A stretch of DNA of 50,230 nucleotides from Flavobacteriales bacterium UBA2798 (GCA_002351955.1 DEHO01000054.1:30345-80574); one strand, 5' to 3'; shown: positions 37,561-46,945, counted from the stretch's first letter. The notes: generated from the letters alone by a model not told the origin. Made by a program: numbers and translations.

Positions 37561-38673
37561 ATGATCAAGCGATTTGAAACTGCAGGAATGTTTGAGTTGC
37601 GAGCATACGACATCCGGGGGAATGAAGTGTTTGTCGATAGCGGAAAAACCATGTCCGTTTCATTTGCAGGAACAATTACCGGAAGCGAATATCATTTTTT
37701 CTACCTCGATGAAAAAGGAACCCGAAACTGGCATTACATCGGAGATGAAGGAGGCGTTTTTAATCCGGAAAAAGAAAAAATCCGTCGTCGCAAACAAGCA
37801 TCAGCACTGAAAATCCCGCTTGGACCGGATTACTTTTCATTCAACTACATGGCAGCACTTGATGTGATGTTGAATGATAATGTTCAGCAGATCAATAAAA
37901 ACAGGAGCAGCGCCGATTTCCGTACAAAAATTTCGGAGTACGGATTGGGTTGGTCGAATATTTACAACTACCAAAGTGTGCAATTCGAAGGCAGAACGAT
38001 GCTTGCTTCGCTGCTGGTTTGGAAAAATATCGGCGGAAAAAAACTACCCGACTGGGCCGGGAAGTCGGATAGCAAACTTGTTCCTCTTGAGGGAAACGTT
38101 TATGAATTGCAATTAATTGAAAAGGGAGGAACGCGTCAGTTTTCTACCCGTATAGAGCCGTTTATGTCTTTAAAGGCACTTTTTGCATTCTCTGCTGCCG
38201 AATGGAAAAGCAATTACGAAAAAACACTGCAGCGTGTAAAAGAAGATGAAAAGCGTCTGACCATGCTTGCAGATGTCTACCGTGAAATGGAGATCAATCG
38301 TTTTGGCATTTATAACTACGATCGGTTCCTGAACGATAAAAATGCGGTCGTTGTAAAAGCAGATTTTCGTTTCGACCGTGATGCCGGCATATTGCAGAAC
38401 CAGGAAGTATGTTACGTAAGCGGAACGGATCGTGCATTGATAAAATATCCCTTTGAGAAATGGTCGCAGTTCATTCTTCTTCCTGACCCCGGAGCACAAC
38501 TGTTCGCATTGTTACCCGGAAATTTTATTGCGGTTTTTTCACCGAAAGAATACAATAAGGTGGATCAGAAAAAACTTAAGCTGGAAACAGAACCTGCAGT
38601 GGTGTTTGAGTTGCATACGGTAAGGCAATTCAATGGCGCGGAAGATCTCCGCATGATCCTCGATGGTAAATGA
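37561..38673 (+). CDS. hypothetical protein (possible C-terminal continuation of 37195..37548)
   Basis: 370-aa ORF with no signal peptide of its own. It shares the frame of the upstream lipoprotein ORF, and its stop overlaps the next start as ATGA. Confidence 0.5.
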   Translation: MIKRFETAGMFELRAYDIRGNEVFVDSGKTMSVSFAGTITGSEYHFFYLDEKGTRNWHYIGDEGGVFNPEKEKIRRRKQASALKIPLGPDYFSFNYMAALDVMLNDNVQQINKNRSSADFRTKISEYGLGWSNIYNYQSVQFEGRTMLASLLVWKNIGGKKLPDWAGKSDSKLVPLEGNVYELQLIEKGGTRQFSTRIEPFMSLKALFAFSAAEWKSNYEKTLQRVKEDEKRLTMLADVYREMEINRFGIYNYDRFLNDKNAVVVKADFRFDRDAGILQNQEVCYVSGTDRALIKYPFEKWSQFILLPDPGAQLFALLPGNFIAVFSPKEYNKVDQKKLKLETEPAVVFELHTVRQFNGAEDLRMILDGK

Positions 38674-39068
38674 TCGCTTATATTTATCCATTACTTATTT
38701 TGCTTACCGGAGCAATTACACTTGCTTTGAAATACAACAAACGGATCAATGAAGAAGACCGTTTCAAGTGGATCATACCTGCATTCTTCTATTTCTGCTT
38801 TTTTATTGCAAGCGGACTAATTCTGTTTTTTGTTTGGCCGGCATCAACTTCTACATCAGGACTTGGTGCTGTTGCAATATCTGTGACGTCAGTATTGTAT
38901 TCAATATGGTTGTGGGTAGTCTTTACTGCAGTTTATGCCGTTGTAGCCGTAATTTTGCTGATGAGTTATGGTAAAAAAAACAGGCATCTTGATGGTGTAA
39001 GTTCCGGAGTTACCATTACGCTGGCACTATTGGGAGTGCTGGTTTTGGGACTTGTCATCATGCTTTAG
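38670..39068 (+). CDS. hypothetical integral membrane protein (about 4 TM helices)
   Basis: 132 aa with four long hydrophobic segments. It is translationally coupled (ATGA) to the preceding ORF. Confidence 0.55.
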   Translation: MIAYIYPLLILLTGAITLALKYNKRINEEDRFKWIIPAFFYFCFFIASGLILFFVWPASTSTSGLGAVAISVTSVLYSIWLWVVFTAVYAVVAVILLMSYGKKNRHLDGVSSGVTITLALLGVLVLGLVIML

Positions 39069-39180
39069 TTAATGTTAAACAACTCATTTATTGTGAGTTA
39101 ATCCCTGTTTCGTTACGCAACTGTTAATTTTTTTGAGGAGAGCTGATTCCTCTGTTTATTTGTACTTGCATTCAACACCT

Positions 39181-39615
39181 ATGAAGCTTTTTGGCAGTCG
39201 TTTGGCACCTATCTTTTTCTTCTGGATAATTTTCCTGAATGCATCTTCATTATTTGCCAATGCTGAATTAGATCTCTCGCCTGAGAACGATGTTGTTTTT
39301 CTGCAAGTCAATGATGATGAAAATGCAGAGGTGATCAATGAATCGCAGGAAGAAAAAGTATTTCCTGTCCCCAATATTCATTCTCCGTTAAGTGAGCCGG
39401 ATCTGTCCTTTCCCGGTTTTTCCGGTGAACCTGAAGAAGAAAATATTTCGCAAAAGGAAAAAGACGGAAAAGATGGTGTTTATCTACACGACCAGCTATT
39501 GTTACACTGGATAGAATCTTCTCTTTCCCATTTACCATTTATAAATTATTCCAGGCGCAATTGCCCGGTTCCCTTGTTCGTCCTTCACCATTCCTGGAAA
39601 AGTTTTTTGATCTGA
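39181..39615 (+). CDS. hypothetical secreted acidic protein
   Basis: ATG 39181 gives the signal-like MKLFGSRLAPIFFFWIIFLNASSLFANA, followed by a Glu/Asp-rich region (NDDENAEVINESQEEK, GEPEEENISQKEKDGKDG). Confidence 0.45.
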   Translation: MKLFGSRLAPIFFFWIIFLNASSLFANAELDLSPENDVVFLQVNDDENAEVINESQEEKVFPVPNIHSPLSEPDLSFPGFSGEPEEENISQKEKDGKDGVYLHDQLLLHWIESSLSHLPFINYSRRNCPVPLFVLHHSWKSFLI

Positions 39616-39679
39616 ATAAACGCATTGCGAGTTTGGCTTCTATGCCAATTGTCAATTAGTATTATTTAGAATCAACACC

Positions 39680-42172
39680 ATGGATAATCATTCCCTGGTA
39701 TTTGACGAACAACATTCCTTAGAGCATCTAAAGCATTATTTACCCGCTCAGGCAGCACTCAAGGATTTCGTTCATCACAATACCTTACATGCTTTTCAGC
39801 ATGAAAAATTTCATACAGCATTAAGGCAAGCCTCGAATGTATTTGGGTATACTACCTATTTATCAATTGATGAATACAGAGAGCGATTTAATTCCGGTAA
39901 GATCAGAGAGGAGATTCTTAATCGAACCATCGACGAGTATATCACTAAAGGTCTTGCCTTGGGTTTTAATCAACTTAAGGAAGCTGTTCTTTATAAAAAC
40001 CTTGACGTCCCAATTTCAGGTAAAATCGGATCGCTTCGTTCGCAATGGGATAAGCATTGTTCAATTGCTTTGGATAAGATCATTCCTCAAATTTTATTCA
40101 GACTATTAGCGGCATTCCTCGACCAGGGTATTGCATTTTGGAAGTTTCCTTACAAAAACAGTTCGTTTTTAGAGGCTGTTCGCAACCTTGAAAGGAACAG
40201 TGCAGTAAGCCTTTTTCATTCGGCAAAAGCAAAAGAACTGTTGCTTGATGAAAGCATTACTCTTACTGATTTGTTGTTTATGGTGGTCGGACGCGAATCA
40301 TTGTTTGAACACTATCTTTTTGATCAGCAATTTGCACACCCGGGTTGGTCGGGTTTTGTTGCAATGCTCGAAACACAGCCGGAGACACTTCTTGACAAAC
40401 GCAAAATCGAGTTAAGAGAACTTATTATCCTGGAGTTGATTCTGGAGATCGATGCGCTTGAAAATAAATTTAGAAAGGGTTGGAAACCGCTTGCATCAGT
40501 ACTCGTTGAAGAACCTGATTCACTTTTTTCAAGTTATACTCCGGTTGAGGCAGACCTCATTCGTAGTGTCTGGCAAGATGCTTTCGAATGGAGTTTTTAC
40601 GACGATGTTTTGTCCGGACTGGAAGAAGCTGAAGATGTAACAGCGAATTCACCGGCTTCCATGCAGGCCTTGTTGTGTATTGATGATCGCGAATACTCTT
40701 TCAGACGACATATTCAATTGGTCGATCCGCTTTCGTCTACGTTTGGTACTCCGGGATTTTTTGGTGTTGAATTTTATTTTCGACCGGAAAACGGAAAGTT
40801 CAATACAAAGGCTTGTCCCGCTCCGGTAAATCCTTCTTTTCTGATTAAAGAAACCAACAGAAAAGCGGCATTAAAAAGCGATGTTCATTTTGCGCGGAAT
40901 TCTCACTCATTATTCCGGGGATGGTTGCTTTCCATGACAATTGGATTCTGGTCGGCATTTCGCCTTTTTATTAGTTTGTTTAAACCTTCCGTTAGTCCTG
41001 TCGCTGCTTATTCATTTTCTCATATGGACGGCGCATCAGGATTGCAAATTGATGCAGATGGTACCACAGAGGGTGAATTGAAGGTGGGATTTACCCATGA
41101 GGAAATGGCCTTGAGAGTGATGAACACCTTGCGGAGTATTGGACTGACCGGAAATTTTTCAAGACTCGTTTATGTAATCGGTCATGGAGCAAGTTCAGTC
41201 AACAATCCCTATTACGCCGGATATGATTGTGGTGCATGTTGTGGAAGACCGGGTGCGGTAAATGCAAGGGTGTTTTCTTATATGGCAAACAAACCTGAAG
41301 TGCGTTTGATTTTGGCGGAGAAGGGAATTCATATTCCGGAGACCACAATTTTTATTGGCGCAATGCACGATACTACCCGTGATGAAATGGAGTACTACGA
41401 TTTGCATTTGTTGTCGGCTGAACAGGTTCAATCGCATGAAAATTGCCAAAAGGTGTTTTCAAAAGCATTGCAACTGAATGCCGATGAGAGAAGTTTTCGG
41501 TTTGATAATGTAAAAAGCGCGAGCGGTAGTTCAGGTTTGCATGCCGAAATAAAAAAGCGTTCAGTATCTTTTTTTGAACCTCGTCCCGAATGGAATCATA
41601 CCGCAAATGCATTGACAATTGTTGGGAGATCACATTTGTATAAACACATGTACCTCGACAAACGCCCTTTCATCAATTCATATGATTATCGTGAAGATCC
41701 GGAAGGAAAGTATTTGTTGTCCATTTTGTCGGCTGCTATTCCGGTTTGTGGTGGTATTAATCTTGAATATTATTTTTCAAGAGTAGATCAGCAAAAACTT
41801 GGTGCGGGTACAAAACTACCGCATAATGTGGTTGGACTGTTTGCTGTAAACAATGGTGTTGAAGGAGATCTGCGTCCTGGCTTGCCAAGTCAAATGATTG
41901 AAATTCACGATCCGGTTCGAATTCTTTTTGTCATTGAACATCATCCGGAAGTTGTATTTCGTGTGATAAGTTCAAACGCCGGCATTTACGAATGGATAAA
42001 AAATGAATGGGTTCATCTCACTGTTAAAGATCCCTCAACCGGAAAAACATACAGGTATGCTGATGGGGAATTGGTCCTCTATAACTCTTTGCAGAAACAG
42101 CTAAAAAAGGCCAGGGACAAAGCTCAACTGGAAAAGAGCTACGCAAAAAATGAAGTTGTACTTATAAATTGA
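39680..42172 (+). CDS. dabA: DabA, DUF2309-family subunit of a DAB inorganic-carbon pump
   Basis: 830 aa with N-terminal FVHHNTLHAF. The beta-CA-like zinc ligand set is C333/D335 (LLCIDDREYSFRRH) and H502/C517 (IGHGASSVNNPYYAGYDCGACCG). It is immediately followed by a NuoL-like gene. Confidence 0.85.
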   Translation: MDNHSLVFDEQHSLEHLKHYLPAQAALKDFVHHNTLHAFQHEKFHTALRQASNVFGYTTYLSIDEYRERFNSGKIREEILNRTIDEYITKGLALGFNQLKEAVLYKNLDVPISGKIGSLRSQWDKHCSIALDKIIPQILFRLLAAFLDQGIAFWKFPYKNSSFLEAVRNLERNSAVSLFHSAKAKELLLDESITLTDLLFMVVGRESLFEHYLFDQQFAHPGWSGFVAMLETQPETLLDKRKIELRELIILELILEIDALENKFRKGWKPLASVLVEEPDSLFSSYTPVEADLIRSVWQDAFEWSFYDDVLSGLEEAEDVTANSPASMQALLCIDDREYSFRRHIQLVDPLSSTFGTPGFFGVEFYFRPENGKFNTKACPAPVNPSFLIKETNRKAALKSDVHFARNSHSLFRGWLLSMTIGFWSAFRLFISLFKPSVSPVAAYSFSHMDGASGLQIDADGTTEGELKVGFTHEEMALRVMNTLRSIGLTGNFSRLVYVIGHGASSVNNPYYAGYDCGACCGRPGAVNARVFSYMANKPEVRLILAEKGIHIPETTIFIGAMHDTTRDEMEYYDLHLLSAEQVQSHENCQKVFSKALQLNADERSFRFDNVKSASGSSGLHAEIKKRSVSFFEPRPEWNHTANALTIVGRSHLYKHMYLDKRPFINSYDYREDPEGKYLLSILSAAIPVCGGINLEYYFSRVDQQKLGAGTKLPHNVVGLFAVNNGVEGDLRPGLPSQMIEIHDPVRILFVIEHHPEVVFRVISSNAGIYEWIKNEWVHLTVKDPSTGKTYRYADGELVLYNSLQKQLKKARDKAQLEKSYAKNEVVLIN

Positions 42173-42177
42173 TCACT

Positions 42178-44049
42178 ATGTACCACATCATACATTTACT
42201 CGTCCTTTTACCATTCTCCGGATTCCTGCTTTCATTATTGTTTAATGGAACCAGAGAACGGTCTATTGCAATGGTCGCTTATGTGATCATGTTTGTCTCC
42301 ATGTCGCTTTCAGTAGTTTTTTCCATCTATTGGCTCACTATTGGTTCTCCAGTTTTCAGTTTTGCTGATGGAAGTCTCTATGCGCAAAATGGATTTAATT
42401 TCTTCCTCGATTTTTATTTTGACGGAATTGCAGCGACTTATTTAGTTGTAGGTAATATCATCACTTTTATGGTGATTGCTTTTAGCCGTCATTATATGCA
42501 TCGCGAATCAGGCTACAAGCGGTTTTTTAATACCATCCTCTTTTTCAATACCGGTTATGTAATAACAATTCTTGCCGGAAACTTTGAGACGCTATTTATT
42601 GGTTGGGAAATTCTAGGGATTTCATCCTTTCTGTTAATTGCATTTTATCGTTTGCGCTATCTCCCGGTTCGTAATGCATTAAAGGTGTTTACCATCTATC
42701 GTATTGGTGATGTAGGGATACTACTGGCCATGTGGATGAGTCATCATTTATGGAGCGAGAATATTACTTTTCAAAAGCTCCATAATTATGAATTGGTACA
42801 TGAGCATTTGTCGGCGCATACCGGAATAGGCGTTTTTGTTTCGCTGATGATCCTTGTTGCTGCTTTGGCGAAGTCTGCGCAGTTTCCATTTTCATCATGG
42901 TTACCACGGGCAATGGAAGGGCCAACTCCGTCCAGTGCAATTTTTTATGGATCACTTTCTGTGCACATGGGAGCGTTTCTGTTATTGCGGACACATCCTT
43001 TTTGGGAACACCAGGTTTCAGTAAAAATTCTGATTGTAGTAATTGGTTTGGTTACAGCAGTGCTTGCTTCTTTAATGGCGCGTGTTCAGTCAACGATTAA
43101 GGGACAAATTGCTTACAGTTCAGTTTCACAAATCGGAATCATATTTGTCGAAGTAGGTCTTGGATTTGAAACACTTGCCTTAATTCATTTCGCCGGTAAT
43201 GCATTTTTAAGAACTTATCAGCTCTTGATTTCTCCCTCCGCAGTAGCGTACATGATTCGGGATCAGTTTTATCATCATCAGGATACAGAACAAAAAAGTT
43301 CCGCGTCCTGGAAATCAAAGCTGAATTCCACTTTTTACCTTCTTTCCCTAAAGGAGTGGAACCTGGAAATCATAGTTTTTAATCTTTTTATAAAACCACT
43401 TAAAAAGATCAGAGTGCTATTAGGATTCCTTACGGTCAGAAATGTTGCATTCGTTTTATTTCCGCTCTACATCATTGGATTTATTCTTGCCTACAAAAAT
43501 CCGGCTGCAATAACAGAAAGCAGAATTGTCATTGCGCATATCTGTGCAGTACTGGCATTGCTGATGGTGGCAAAATCATTCAATGAAAGAACCAGCTCTC
43601 GTTTAGCATGGATGTTGGTAGTGTTTGCCCATTTTTTTGTGGATCTGGCAGTCACCTTCAACGATCATCTTGATTTAAAAGAAGCTACTATTTATTTGAG
43701 CGGAATTATTATTTCAGGATCAATCGGATTGATAGCGCTTTTAAGAATCAGGCGAATTGAACATCATGGACTTGGATTAAACCGTTTCCATGGATTGGTC
43801 AAAGAATATCCGGTAACTGCATTTGTGTTTCTGCTTTCTGCATTAGGTGTGGCAGGTTTTCCGATTACAACAACATTTTTTGGAGAAGACCTGGTTCTGA
43901 CTCATATCCACGAGAATCAGGTATTGCTTGCGTTTTTTGTTTCAGTAACATTTATCGTTAACGGATTGGCAGTAATCAGGATTTACTCCAGAATATTTTT
44001 AGGTACACATCAAAGAAGCGTTCAGCACGCATCAGATTTAACAGTATAA
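42178..44049 (+). CDS. dabB: DabB, NuoL/MrpA-like proton-conducting membrane subunit
   Basis: Polytopic membrane protein with Proton_antipo_M signatures GWEILGISSFLLIAF and KSAQFPFSSWLPRAMEGPTPSSAIFYGSLSVHMGAFLL. I prefer ATG 42178. A TTG at 42169 would overlap the dabA stop by 4 nt. Confidence 0.85.
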   Translation: MYHIIHLLVLLPFSGFLLSLLFNGTRERSIAMVAYVIMFVSMSLSVVFSIYWLTIGSPVFSFADGSLYAQNGFNFFLDFYFDGIAATYLVVGNIITFMVIAFSRHYMHRESGYKRFFNTILFFNTGYVITILAGNFETLFIGWEILGISSFLLIAFYRLRYLPVRNALKVFTIYRIGDVGILLAMWMSHHLWSENITFQKLHNYELVHEHLSAHTGIGVFVSLMILVAALAKSAQFPFSSWLPRAMEGPTPSSAIFYGSLSVHMGAFLLLRTHPFWEHQVSVKILIVVIGLVTAVLASLMARVQSTIKGQIAYSSVSQIGIIFVEVGLGFETLALIHFAGNAFLRTYQLLISPSAVAYMIRDQFYHHQDTEQKSSASWKSKLNSTFYLLSLKEWNLEIIVFNLFIKPLKKIRVLLGFLTVRNVAFVLFPLYIIGFILAYKNPAAITESRIVIAHICAVLALLMVAKSFNERTSSRLAWMLVVFAHFFVDLAVTFNDHLDLKEATIYLSGIIISGSIGLIALLRIRRIEHHGLGLNRFHGLVKEYPVTAFVFLLSALGVAGFPITTTFFGEDLVLTHIHENQVLLAFFVSVTFIVNGLAVIRIYSRIFLGTHQRSVQHASDLTV

Positions 44050-44070
44050 ATTTTCATCAAAAACATTAGT

Positions 44071-45666
44071 ATGAGCACAACAATAGATACAAATAAAAAA
44101 AGCCTCACGCTTTCCGCTAAGTTCAGTGACAATTGGAGTTCTGATCTACTTGCCGGTTTTCTGGTATTTTTACTTGCACTCCCTCTTAGTTTGGGTATAG
44201 CAAAAGCCAGTGGTTTTCCGGCCTCGATGGGGGTGCTTACTGCAATAGTTGGTGGTCTATTAACCAGTATTTTTCGGGTTTCACCATTAACAATTAAAGG
44301 TCCCGCGGCAGGATTGATTACAATTTGTTCAGGAGCAATTATTGAATTCGGAGGTGCTGAGCAAGGTTGGAAAATAGCCTGTGCTGCAATTATGGTGGCT
44401 GCGCTATTGCAATTGGTAATCGCGTTGGCAAAACTTGGAGCGCTAAGCGATTTTTTTCCTCATTCCGCAGTTCATGGTATGCTTGCTGCAATTGGAATAA
44501 TCATTATTGCAAAACAAATTCCGGTGTTGCTTGGTGATGATCCTTCAATGTACAAGGGCGAAGGTCCGATCGAATTATTGCTCGACATTCCGAACTTTAT
44601 TTCACATGCTCACTGGCACATTGCGATTGTAGGCATTATCGGATTGATCGTTATGTTCGGATTGCCGCTAATCGGAATTCGTTTGCTCAAAAAAGTTCCT
44701 GCACCAATGGTAGTTTTAATGCTAACCATTCCTCTCGGAGTTTTCTGGCATTTCCGTGAAACAGAACCCGCGTACTCACTCGTTCAAATTGGAGATTTTT
44801 GGGGTTCAGTCGGATTCAATTTCGATTTTTCACTGATCTCTTCATTTGTTTTCTGGAAGTATGTATTTATGTTTTTGTTTGTAAACAGCCTGGAGTCCCT
44901 ACTTACAGTAAAAGCAATCGATGATTTGGATCCTTATAAACGATCGTCCAGTTACAACGGTGATCTTTTCGGTTTGGGTGCCGGTAATTTTGTTTCGGGT
45001 TTGTTGGGTGGATTGCCGATGATTTCGGAGGTGGTTCGTAGCTCTGCCAATGTTGGTTTCGGCGGAAGAACCAAATGGTCGAATGTTTTTCACGGCACAT
45101 TTTTGTTATTGGCAATGATTTTTCTCATCCCTTTCATAGAAATGATTCCCAATGCGGCACTAGCTGCTATGCTCATTTTTGCAGGTTTTCGTCTTGCTGC
45201 ACCAAAAGAGTTTATTCACACTTACCAGGTCGGCAAAGAACAACTTGCAATTTTTCTTGTAACAATAATTGTAACCTTAATGGAGGATCTTTTATTAGGT
45301 GTTGCAAGTGGAATTATTGTAAAAATTCTCTTTCATCTGTTTAATGGTGTTTCTATCAGAAGTCTTTTTGTAGCACACTTCGATAAAAAGGAAACAGAGG
45401 ATGAGATCTACATTAAGATCAAAGAGTCAGCGATTTTTTCGAACCTGATTGGATTTAAGAAAATGTTCATGTCCATTCAGAACGATAAAAAACTGGTAGT
45501 TGATCTTTCCGAAACAAATCTCGTCGATCATTCTTTCTTGTCTTTTATTAATCATTATAAAAACGAATCCATCGAACATAACCGGCCAATGAGTATTATC
45601 GGACTGGAAAACCATAAAGCATTTTCCAGTCACCCATTGGCCACTATGAAACGCAAAGTAAAATAA
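44071..45666 (+). CDS. SulP family inorganic anion transporter with C-terminal STAS domain (BicA-like candidate)
   Basis: 531 aa with an N-terminal SulP core (LLAGFLVFLLALPLSLGIAKASGFPASMGVLTAIVGGL) and about 10-12 TM helices. The C-terminal ~120 aa are soluble and STAS-like. It starts 21 nt after dabB. Confidence 0.85.
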   Translation: MSTTIDTNKKSLTLSAKFSDNWSSDLLAGFLVFLLALPLSLGIAKASGFPASMGVLTAIVGGLLTSIFRVSPLTIKGPAAGLITICSGAIIEFGGAEQGWKIACAAIMVAALLQLVIALAKLGALSDFFPHSAVHGMLAAIGIIIIAKQIPVLLGDDPSMYKGEGPIELLLDIPNFISHAHWHIAIVGIIGLIVMFGLPLIGIRLLKKVPAPMVVLMLTIPLGVFWHFRETEPAYSLVQIGDFWGSVGFNFDFSLISSFVFWKYVFMFLFVNSLESLLTVKAIDDLDPYKRSSSYNGDLFGLGAGNFVSGLLGGLPMISEVVRSSANVGFGGRTKWSNVFHGTFLLLAMIFLIPFIEMIPNAALAAMLIFAGFRLAAPKEFIHTYQVGKEQLAIFLVTIIVTLMEDLLLGVASGIIVKILFHLFNGVSIRSLFVAHFDKKETEDEIYIKIKESAIFSNLIGFKKMFMSIQNDKKLVVDLSETNLVDHSFLSFINHYKNESIEHNRPMSIIGLENHKAFSSHPLATMKRKVK

Positions 45667-45770
45667 ACAAGATGGGGGTGTTGGCAGGAATTATGATCGT
45701 GTTGATTTGGTTTTGGTTTGGTTGATCGATCTCACAGCTTGCAATCATGTTCAGGTCAACACCCTTTTTA

Positions 45771-46244
45771 TTAAATTCTGATAAGCTTTTTTTGAGAGAG
45801 GATTTCAGTCGTAAGAATGTGTTCTGAATTACTCTTGTAGGCAATCACATCGAAAATGTAGAGGTGATGATCTCCTGCATTTATTTCGGAGTGATAACTC
45901 AATTGAATATAAGCCGATGCATCTTTAAGTACGGTATGTCCTTTCCATTGTATTGTACGGTTTCGCTTTGAAAGCCATTCCGATTTATCATATTGTTTGC
46001 CGGATGTTTTTCCCAACATACGAATCAATGGGTATTGTTCTTCTCCTAAAAGTTGGAGCACCGCATTTTTATTCGATTTCAGGTTTTTAAGTGTTTTAGT
46101 ACCATGAAAAACAGCAACAGCATACCGTTTTGGCTTCATGCTTACCGCACTTACATAGGTGCAAATATTCATGTTGACTTTTCCTTTTTCGTATGTAGCC
46201 AAACTATACACTGCCAAAGACGGGATGTTCCAGGGTCGTTTCAT
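45771..46244 (-). CDS. flavin reductase-like FMN-binding domain protein
   Basis: 157 aa. VNMNICTYVSAVSMKPKRYAVAV resembles the flavin reductase-like domain core (N.MT.SW...VS..PP). Motif-level call only. Confidence 0.55.
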   Translation of the reverse strand: MKRPWNIPSLAVYSLATYEKGKVNMNICTYVSAVSMKPKRYAVAVFHGTKTLKNLKSNKNAVLQLLGEEQYPLIRMLGKTSGKQYDKSEWLSKRNRTIQWKGHTVLKDASAYIQLSYHSEINAGDHHLYIFDVIAYKSNSEHILTTEILSQKKLIRI

Positions 46245-46525
46245 GATAATCTAACAGACTGACCTTTATTTTGTTTCTTGTTGATAATCAGGTAATTTTA
46301 TTAAGAATGATTCAAAATACCATTTTTAGGGTATTGGGAAATTCCGACTGTTGATGCAGTTTTGATGTATGGAAATCCGCCGGCCTTTTACGGGAATTGA
46401 ACTTCAACAACAATTGGAGGAGAATTGCTGTATCCTAAAGCAGCTGTTTGCGGATAAGAAAAAAAAGTGCTGCAAAAAATACAAGAAAAGCAAGCGCTGC
46501 GGATCTTGTCCGAAAGGATGAGGAA

Positions 46526-46936
46526 TTATTTTTTCTTTTTATTACGGACTCTTTCTTCTTCCTCTGCTTTCCGGAACTTTACAATTTTAGTTATCAATCC
46601 GATCGGAAGTTTTTCATTGTAGGGAAACTGTATGGCTCCTTTTGATGTTTGAAATTTTTCAAGCTCTTTGCTGAAGGCAATGATCGGGCCTGTTGTTGGG
46701 TAAAATCCGACATGCGATTTGTTTGCAGCGTAATAAACCAAAACTTTGTCTATACAAAACGCCGGCATATTGTAGCTTATTTTTTCTGTCAGATGAGGTA
46801 CTGCTTTATGAATACACTTCCGAAGTTGTTCCAGAATTTCTTTTACATCCTCCGTTTGAGCAGCATGGTAGTGTTCTACCGACTCATACTTTATTGCTCC
46901 GTAGGCTTTGCGTGTGGTTTTTTTTACCGTCTTCAT
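46526..46936 (-). CDS. DUF1801 (YdhG-like) domain protein
   Basis: 136 aa. ...ISYNMPAFCIDKVLVYYAANKSHVGFYPT...KGAIQFPYNEKLP matches the pattern I associate with DUF1801 / iron-chaperone-like proteins. Confidence 0.6.
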   Translation of the reverse strand: MKTVKKTTRKAYGAIKYESVEHYHAAQTEDVKEILEQLRKCIHKAVPHLTEKISYNMPAFCIDKVLVYYAANKSHVGFYPTTGPIIAFSKELEKFQTSKGAIQFPYNEKLPIGLITKIVKFRKAEEEERVRNKKKK

Positions 46937-46945
46937 TAGAACAAA

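Noticed and set aside
42169-42177. TTG start for dabB overlapping the dabA stop
   Set aside because: An ATG three codons downstream (42178) gives a normal N-terminal TM helix. The two options cannot be distinguished from sequence, so ATG is reported and the TTG alternative noted.
45676-45769. GGGTGTTG ... CAACACCC inverted repeat followed by TTTTT, plus a TTTGG(T) mini-repeat, between sulP and the flavin reductase gene
   Set aside because: The 8-bp arms are separated by 73 nt with only patchy internal pairing, so it is not a canonical intrinsic terminator. It is probably a weak or imperfect 3' structure and not worth a separate call.
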